DNA of 64,000 nt. Origin: Eubacteriales bacterium. GTDB lineage: Bacteria > Bacillota > Clostridia > Oscillospirales > CAG-272. The position numbers and the translations under genes were made by a program. The notes below the pieces were generated by a model, which worked only from the letters and a program-made list of their open reading frames with translations, searched no databases and was not told the origin of the DNA. The stretch is from positions 92,638-156,637 of the forward strand of contig JAZSPB010000156.1 of the NCBI GenBank assembly GCA_045537235.1, written 5' to 3'. Of the stretch, positions 58,638-64,000 are shown piece by piece. The first letter of the stretch is position 1. Every line of letters begins with the position of its first letter.

Positions 58638-61600
58638 TTAATCAAAACATTTGAGCGTCGGAGCCTGACCGTTTACGATGTTCCAAATCTCGGGGTCAAA
58701 ATACAAGGTGTTGAGAAGGAAATCTTTACTCAAAAGGACGGAAGTTGCCTTGGCTTCGCCTGCGGTACAGGTGGGGGTTACAGTGGTGTTGTTCTGTGCC
58801 ACATTTGCTTGATTGGAGTAATAGCAAGAAAGCACTGTTCCTTCTGTTTTTCCAAGGAACTTACCATAACCGACAGCAAGAGAAAAATTAACATCGCCCA
58901 AAGAAAAACATTTGGTGACAACCGCGCCGGCCTCATTATTGCCTACAAAACCACCAAGATAACCGCTGTCAGTTACAGCATTCAGAATGTTGACGGAAGT
59001 ATATACATTCTTTATAATTGCCTTATCTCCACTATTTAATCCAACGGCACCACCGCTGCAATTATATACACCATAGTCGCTATTTATTTGAGTGTTTGTT
59101 CCCGTAGAAAAGCTATCAAGAAGTGTACCGCGGTTTTCTCCAATCAATCCACCACTCCAATAGTTCTTTCCGGCATTTCCAACATATTTTACATCAAACG
59201 AAATATCCGCCATACATTCTCTAACTATAGCGGTTTCATCCGCTGTATTTTTTCCTACAATACCTCCAAGTACTAACTCCAAATGAGACCAACCAGCGGT
59301 ACCAACTGAAGACGATTTTGTTCCAACCAAAATGAACTCTGCTTCGCTCTTTTCAACAACATTTGTATTTAATCCTGCAATTCCACCAAAATAGGCATAA
59401 CAATAAATACTATATTTGTAATAACTACTCGTATATAGATAAATAGCCGAATCTACAGCGACTTCAAGGTGGCATTCGGAAATAACTCCATTATTGGTAC
59501 CAGCGACACCGCCCAAAATTGCTTGCCAATTCACTGCCCCATAGTGTTCAGAGTTATACGTATAGTCTATCTTGGCTGAAAGCACATCACAATTAATAAT
59601 ATTTCCTTCGTTAATACCGGCAATTACTCCCGTATTAGTGGAACTTACAGAATTGTTGGTTGTCGTTAATAAAACATTCTCGAATCCAACATTCTTAATC
59701 GTACCACTATTCACTCTAAAGAACCCAACATCAATTGCCGTGGTGGAAAGGGCGGATATAGCAAAGTTGTAAATCTTAAAACCCTTACCATCAAACGTAC
59801 CCGTAAACTTATCAATCGGTGTCCAGATATCGCCCTTGTAGTTAATATCGTTCCCCAGCACATAATTGCCCGACGGATTGGTTGCGATCGCGGCAAGCTC
59901 TTCGGCGGTCTTGATCACGATCATCTCGCCGCCCAACATCTTTGCGTAGATCGTGGTACTGGCATTCAGTGCATAGTCAAATTTATATTCTTTGGTAAAG
60001 GCACTGTCAAGATACCATCCCAAGAAAGCATAGCCACTCTTTACGGGATCGGCGGGTTTCGTGGGGATCTCGCCCTTATAAACCCCTTCGCTTGCGATCT
60101 GGGTTCCGCCGGCGGTGTTATAGGTGACAGTATACATCTGCTTAACATACTGCGCCTTTACCGTCATGTCAGCCTTCACCGAGCTGAATGACTTATCCCA
60201 TCCGCTGAAAGGGATATCGTTTACATAAGAAGGCATAGAGGGCGCCTTGGCAGACGTTCCGTAGTCAACACTCTGCACACTCACAACCTCGCCGTAATAA
60301 TCCAAGAAGGTCACCTTTACTTTGTTCGGTGTCCATCTTGCCACAAGCTTCATGTCGCCCATCACGGGATCGGTGGTAGTAAAGATACCGTCAACTACCG
60401 TCTTTCCCGTATACCAACCGTCAAAGGTATATCCCGTCTTGGTCGGCACGGTGAGGGCAACTGTTTGTCCGTGATTCACCTTGACACTGGACTGGTAACC
60501 TGCGGCGGCTGTACCTCCATTCAGGTCAAAGGTTACGGTATGCTTCAACAGACCGCCCGAAATAAATTCCTCTATCCATTGTTCTTCGGTTCCTGTATAG
60601 GAAGGATTCTTTTCAATATAAATTTCATAAGCGGACTTTCCGGGGGTACCTTGTGCACCTGCGGCACCTGTGGCTCCCGTATCACCCTTATCTCCCTTAT
60701 CTCCCTTGGCTCCATCCTCACCGTCCTTGCCGGTTGCTTGAACGTCAAGAGATGTCCAATTTTTGCCGCCATCGTAGGAAACTTCCCACATATTGGTGGT
60801 CTTATTGATCTTGATCTGAGGGGTAATACCATCGGTTCCGTCTTTTCCGTCTTTTCCGTCTTCGCCACGGTCTCCCTTATCGCCCTTATCGCCCTTATCG
60901 CCCTTGGCGCCGACAAGAGAGGTCAGCCACTGGGACTCGCTGCCCTTGTAGCCATTCTCCACGGCAAGCTCGTAGGCAGACTTTCCGTCCTCGCCATCCT
61001 CGCCGTCCTCACCGTCATTTCCGTTCTTACCGTTGGTTCCGACCAAAGACGCAAGCCATTCCTGCACATCGCCCTTGTAGCCATTCTCAACAGCAAGCTC
61101 GTAAGCCGACTTACCTGCCGCACCGTCTGTTCCGTTAACGCCTGCCGTTCCAACAAGCGAGGCAAGCCACTCTTCTTCGGTACCCTCAAAGCCAAGCTCA
61201 ACAGCAAGCGCATATGCAGACTGTCCGTCTTTTCCGTCGGCTCCCTTTTCTCCAACCAAGGAGGTCAGCCAAGACCGAATATCGCCTTCATAACCGTTTT
61301 CCACGGCGATCTCATAAGCGGATTTACCCGCCGCACCGACAAGCGATGCCAGCCAATCGGTCTCGGAGCCTTCGTAGCCTTTTTCCACGGCAAGCTCATA
61401 GGCAGAAGTACCGCCAGCGCCTGTTGCACCCGTTTCACCGACCAAAGAAGCCAGCCATTCGGTCATGGTTCCGCGGTAGCCGTTTTCCAAGGCCAACTGA
61501 TAGGCGGATTTTCCGTCGGCACCCACATCCCCCTTGTCACCTTTATCACCCTTATCGCCCTTCGCAGCGGCTGTTCCATCACGACCTACAAGTGACGCAA

Positions 61601-62132
61601 GCCACTCGGTCAAGGTTCCTTCAAAGCCGTTGTCGCAAGCAAGCTCATAGGCAGACTTTCCGTCCGCACCGTCTTTACCGTTGACGCCATCCGTGCCGAC
61701 AAGAGAATCCAACCACTCCGAAAGGGTGCCTCCAAAGCCTGTCTCCACGGCAAGCTCATAGGCAGATTTTCCGTCTGTTCCGTTGATTCCCGCGACTCCC
61801 ACAAGAGAGGAAAGCCACTCGCTCTCGGTACCCTTGTAGCCCTTTTCCACCGCAAGCGCGTATGCGGACTGACCGTCTGCACCGTTTTGTCCTGCGGCAC
61901 CTGTTTCGCCCACAAGAGAGGCGAGCCACTCTTCTACGGTGCCGTCATATCCTTTTTCCACGGCAAGCTCATAGGCCGACTTTCCGTCTGCACCCGTAGC
62001 GCCTTGCTCTCCCGTAGGACCTTGTTCGCCCTTCGGTCCTTGCTTTGCGCAGGAAGCAAACATACAAAGCACCATCATTGCAACGAGCATTATGGACACG
62101 ATTCTCACAATGCTACTCTGTCTTTTTGTCAT
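58638..62132 (-). CDS. Giant surface lipoprotein with collagen-like G-X-Y tracts, 11 tail-fibre-like SAYELAVE modules, three Listeria-Bacteroides (Flg_new) repeats and a GLUG-motif region
   Basis: Lipobox MFASC. GPKGEQGPTGEQGATG and GDKGDKGDKGD tracts are present, with repeated SAYELAVE.GY.G...EWL.SLVG modules. Flg_new-type repeats include TVTFDLNGG...GYTFDGWY. GLUG-like motifs include GGIAGLN, GGLIGEN and GGFVGNN. I moved the start to the ATG at 62132 (MTKRQSS), 8 nt after AAGGAGG. The ORF-track start at 62171 has no RBS. Confidence 0.85.
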   Translation of the reverse strand: MTKRQSSIVRIVSIMLVAMMVLCMFASCAKQGPKGEQGPTGEQGATGADGKSAYELAVEKGYDGTVEEWLASLVGETGAAGQNGADGQSAYALAVEKGYKGTESEWLSSLVGVAGINGTDGKSAYELAVETGFGGTLSEWLDSLVGTDGVNGKDGADGKSAYELACDNGFEGTLTEWLASLVGRDGTAAAKGDKGDKGDKGDVGADGKSAYQLALENGYRGTMTEWLASLVGETGATGAGGTSAYELAVEKGYEGSETDWLASLVGAAGKSAYEIAVENGYEGDIRSWLTSLVGEKGADGKDGQSAYALAVELGFEGTEEEWLASLVGTAGVNGTDGAAGKSAYELAVENGYKGDVQEWLASLVGTNGKNGNDGEDGEDGEDGKSAYELAVENGYKGSESQWLTSLVGAKGDKGDKGDKGDRGEDGKDGKDGTDGITPQIKINKTTNMWEVSYDGGKNWTSLDVQATGKDGEDGAKGDKGDKGDTGATGAAGAQGTPGKSAYEIYIEKNPSYTGTEEQWIEEFISGGLLKHTVTFDLNGGTAAAGYQSSVKVNHGQTVALTVPTKTGYTFDGWYTGKTVVDGIFTTTDPVMGDMKLVARWTPNKVKVTFLDYYGEVVSVQSVDYGTSAKAPSMPSYVNDIPFSGWDKSFSSVKADMTVKAQYVKQMYTVTYNTAGGTQIASEGVYKGEIPTKPADPVKSGYAFLGWYLDSAFTKEYKFDYALNASTTIYAKMLGGEMIVIKTAEELAAIATNPSGNYVLGNDINYKGDIWTPIDKFTGTFDGKGFKIYNFAISALSTTAIDVGFFRVNSGTIKNVGFENVLLTTTNNSVSSTNTGVIAGINEGNIINCDVLSAKIDYTYNSEHYGAVNWQAILGGVAGTNNGVISECHLEVAVDSAIYLYTSSYYKYSIYCYAYFGGIAGLNTNVVEKSEAEFILVGTKSSSVGTAGWSHLELVLGGIVGKNTADETAIVRECMADISFDVKYVGNAGKNYWSGGLIGENRGTLLDSFSTGTNTQINSDYGVYNCSGGAVGLNSGDKAIIKNVYTSVNILNAVTDSGYLGGFVGNNEAGAVVTKCFSLGDVNFSLAVGYGKFLGKTEGTVLSCYYSNQANVAQNNTTVTPTCTAGEAKATSVLLSKDFLLNTLYFDPEIWNIVNGQAPTLKCFD
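60912..61979 (-). repeat. In-frame tandem coding repeats (10 consecutive modules of about 28-50 aa)
   Basis: The modules are repeated at protein level: SAYELAVEKGYDGTVEEWLASLVG, SAYALAVEKGYKGTESEWLSSLVG, SAYELAVETGFGGTLSEWLDSLVG and so on. They are separated by G-X-Y spacers of variable length. An eleventh, degenerate module lies at about 60552-60640. Confidence 0.85.
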
Positions 62133-62176
62133 CGTAATGACCTCCTTTTTGAATTTCATAGAGGATGTCACTCCAG

Positions 62177-62193
62177 AATAACAATTATGTAGT
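62177..62193. repeat. Left inverted repeat of the candidate invertible promoter
   Basis: AATAACAATTATGTAGT is the exact reverse complement of 62359-62375. Confidence 0.9.
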
Positions 62194-62358
62194 ATGCTTT
62201 TTTGTTAAAAAGAATTTTTTCGCTCCAAAGTGCATAGCTTTTTGACCAATGAAAATTTTTTGTCTTTCATTGGTCTTGTTGCTATGTCTTTTTTGATATT
62301 TTTTCCTTGACAAATTGCTCGGTTGGTGGTATCATTTTATATGTATAGACGGAAATGC
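62194..62358 (+). promoter_or_regulatory. Candidate invertible DNA segment carrying a near-consensus sigma-A promoter, currently facing the + strand
   Basis: TTGACA (62307-62312), 17 nt, TGgTATCAT (62327-62335) on the + strand. An internal 11-bp-stem hairpin is GACCAATGAAA (62244-62254) / TTTCATTGGTC (62265-62275). Confidence 0.7.
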
Positions 62359-62375
62359 ACTACATAATTGTTATT
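62359..62375. repeat. Right inverted repeat of the candidate invertible promoter
   Basis: ACTACATAATTGTTATT overlaps the recombinase stop codon (62374-62376) by 2 nt. Confidence 0.9.
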
Positions 62376-63216
62376 ATGTTATTAACAGCAATCCCAACCT
62401 TTGAATCTGCCTTCGATGAACCTCACCGCTCTCCATTGTATATATCCTCGTGGTATTTACGCTGGAATGCCCGAGGATATCCGCGAGGCAGACAATATCC
62501 TTTTGTACAGTATAATAAGTGCGCGCAAAAATATGGCGGAGATTGTGGGGAAAAACCTTTTTCTCCGACACTCCTGCGAGCTTACACAACCTTTTCATGT
62601 CCGTCCATATATTAGAGCGATTCAGCGGATTCCCGTTTTTTGTCACGAAAACGGCTCCGCTTTTTATTTTTTGCTGACGGATATAGTTTTTCAGAATTTT
62701 ACAAAGTCCTTGTGGAAGAAATACACTTCGATGCTTCCCTTTGCAATGAATCTCCGCGCGCCCTCGGTTTACCGCCTCAACGGTGATATGTCTTAACTCG
62801 GAAACACGAATGCCGGTGGAGCAAATAGCTTGCATCAGCAAATACAGACGTTGATTTTTCTTTTGCTGCGCCGCTTTCAGCAATCGCTCATATTCGCTCT
62901 TGGTCAATTCCCTTTCATCGCTCGCAAAAAGTTGTTTTTGAATTTTGACCGTCTTGACTCGCAACTCATACCATTCGCAGTAGTCAAAAAAGCTGTTCAA
63001 TGATGACAGCGCAGCATTGACACTGGCAAGCGCATAGTGATCCAATAAAAAAGCCTTGTATCTCAAGACCGCCTCCTTATCCACCGATGCGCTAGGCAAC
63101 CAACGAAGAAACGCAACAATTTCGTGCATATATTTTTCAACCGTTGCCGCAGTCTTTTCCTCATAAAGCAAATATGTGCGATATTCGGCAAGCAACTCAT
63201 TTTTCAATTTTCTCAT
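62374..63216 (-). CDS. Small tyrosine recombinase (Xer/phage-integrase family), candidate invertase
   Basis: 280 aa with a SAM-like N-terminal domain, then STGIRVSELRHI (Arg), HNLRHIFART (H-x-x-R) and LGHSSVNTTRIYT (Tyr). Confidence 0.85.
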   Translation of the reverse strand: MRKLKNELLAEYRTYLLYEEKTAATVEKYMHEIVAFLRWLPSASVDKEAVLRYKAFLLDHYALASVNAALSSLNSFFDYCEWYELRVKTVKIQKQLFASDERELTKSEYERLLKAAQQKKNQRLYLLMQAICSTGIRVSELRHITVEAVNRGRAEIHCKGKHRSVFLPQGLCKILKNYIRQQKIKSGAVFVTKNGNPLNRSNIWTDMKRLCKLAGVSEKKVFPHNLRHIFARTYYTVQKDIVCLADILGHSSVNTTRIYTMESGEVHRRQIQRLGLLLIT

Positions 63217-63310
63217 AGTTCACACCCTCTCTTTCACCTATATCTTACCACCAAAATCCCATTGTTATAGATTAAAAAAAAGATTTGAACGTAATGTACT
63301 CTCAGACGCC

Positions 63311-63344
63311 AAAAAAAAGAGCCATCCAAAGGGCGCGCGCTCTT
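63311..63344 (-). terminator. Candidate second terminator hairpin upstream of the recombinase gene
   Basis: Minus strand: AAGAGC, 16-nt GC-rich loop, GCTCTT, followed by TTTTTTGG. Confidence 0.45.
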
Positions 63345-63399
63345 AAGGACAGTTTTTGAAATTTAATAGAACACGTTACCTACCGACAGTAAAAATTGA

Positions 63400-63443
63400 G
63401 GGGTGTCTCAAATGCGATAAAAAGCATTTGAGACACCCCTTTT
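63400..63443 (-). terminator. Strong rho-independent (bidirectional) terminator after the partial upstream gene
   Basis: 16-bp perfect stem GGGGTGTCTCAAATGC (63400-63415) / GCATTTGAGACACCCC (63424-63439). TTTT follows on the + strand and TCAATTTTT on the minus strand. Confidence 0.85.
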
Positions 63444-63516
63444 ATTGTTCATCTATACTTGTCAATTTTCTTGACAAGCACTGCTTTTGTGGACACAAAA
63501 GAATAAATAATACTCC

Positions 63517-64000
63517 TTAAAAAATTTCAAAATTGAATATATGGGCAGTAGATGAACCGTAATCTTCGGTTTTTCTTTCGCTGTGGTACGTACTGATCGG
63601 AATTAAACGAACTGCTTTCGTTACTGTATTTAATTCATGTTTAATAAAGCGCTGATGATTGTCAGATATCTCTATAACGGTTTTCCAATTTTCCAATTCA
63701 TCCAAAATCTCAATTTTATAATGCTTGATCAGGCATTTTGGGAAGCCAAAGCTCGTATGATTATAGCTTTTTGGGAAAAACAACGTTGACGAGGTATGCA
63801 AAGCATCGGGGTTTCCATCTGTGTATTCTCTGTCAAGATCGCTGTCAAAGACCAATCTGACGCCGTTTACGTGCTTGGGCGAATCAAAGGTATACGTGAT
63901 GGCTTTGTTTGTTTTTCCAAAATATCCATTATCGTTCCCCCATATGCGACGGTCTATCCCGTTGAGCAAAGCAGACGGATCGCCGTAATCTGCCGTAAGC
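63517..64000 (-). CDS. C-terminal part of a larger protein (5' end outside the window); beta-sandwich-like domain, function unknown
   Basis: The reading frame stays open upstream of the ORF-track TTG start to the window edge (my own translation: ...LTADYGDPSALLNGIDRR...). I make no confident family call. Confidence 0.55.
   Translation of the reverse strand, partial: LTADYGDPSALLNGIDRRIWGNDNGYFGKTNKAITYTFDSPKHVNGVRLVFDSDLDREYTDGNPDALHTSSTLFFPKSYNHTSFGFPKCLIKHYKIEILDELENWKTVIEISDNHQRFIKHELNTVTKAVRLIPISTYHSERKTEDYGSSTAHIFNFEIF

Noticed and set aside
62355-62796. Plus-strand ORFs (86 aa at 62355-62615 and 131 aa at 62401-62796) downstream of the switch promoter in its present orientation.
   Set aside because: Both lie entirely antisense within the recombinase gene. 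They have no RBS and no recognisable motifs, so they were treated as non-coding antisense transcript space.
58638-63216. Integrase plus a collagen-like, tail-fibre-like protein as a prophage remnant.
   Set aside because: No other phage genes are present (no capsid, terminase, portal, lysis or repressor genes). The large protein has a lipoprotein signal peptide plus adhesin-type Flg_new and GLUG domains. The recombinase is small and abuts a promoter-containing IR-flanked segment, which fits an inverton better.

Overview
The window is a chromosomal segment from a spore-forming Firmicutes/Clostridia-type genome. The exact taxon cannot be called by eye. About 55 protein genes are supported, mostly on the minus strand. 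I saw no rRNA, tRNA or CRISPR array. Most of the window is conserved housekeeping synteny. This includes hrcA-grpE-dnaK-dnaJ-prmA-rsmE with a CIRCE operator, an amino-acid ABC importer operon and uvrB-uvrA. It also includes nusB-(tsaD-like)-xseA-xseB-ispA-(PAP2-like)-tlyA-nadK-argR-recN-ybaK-argS, then yebC, ireB-ribF-dac, sigG, nrdR, murA, a heterodimeric ABC exporter pair, hom, murB and comEC. Four things stand out. (1) At 62177-62375 a perfect 17-bp inverted repeat brackets a 165-bp segment holding a near-consensus sigma-A promoter. The promoter currently points away from a 1164-aa surface lipoprotein gene (collagen-like, tail-fibre-like and GLUG modules). The right repeat abuts a small tyrosine recombinase gene. 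This is the layout of a phase-variable invertible promoter caught in the OFF orientation. (2) Four copies of a 150-220 bp long-hairpin intergenic repeat lie within 46.2-58.6 kb, each at a gene 3' end. (3) One cytoplasmic protein fuses an XRE helix-turn-helix domain to a GH51-like glycosidase that keeps both catalytic motifs. (4) There are smaller oddities: an ABC ATPase with a roughly 75-aa insertion, a PBP5-like protein with degenerate active-site motifs, and promoter-proximal palindromes. Several ORF-track starts were refined using ribosome-binding sites and homologue N-termini. All coordinates were counted by hand from the sequence.
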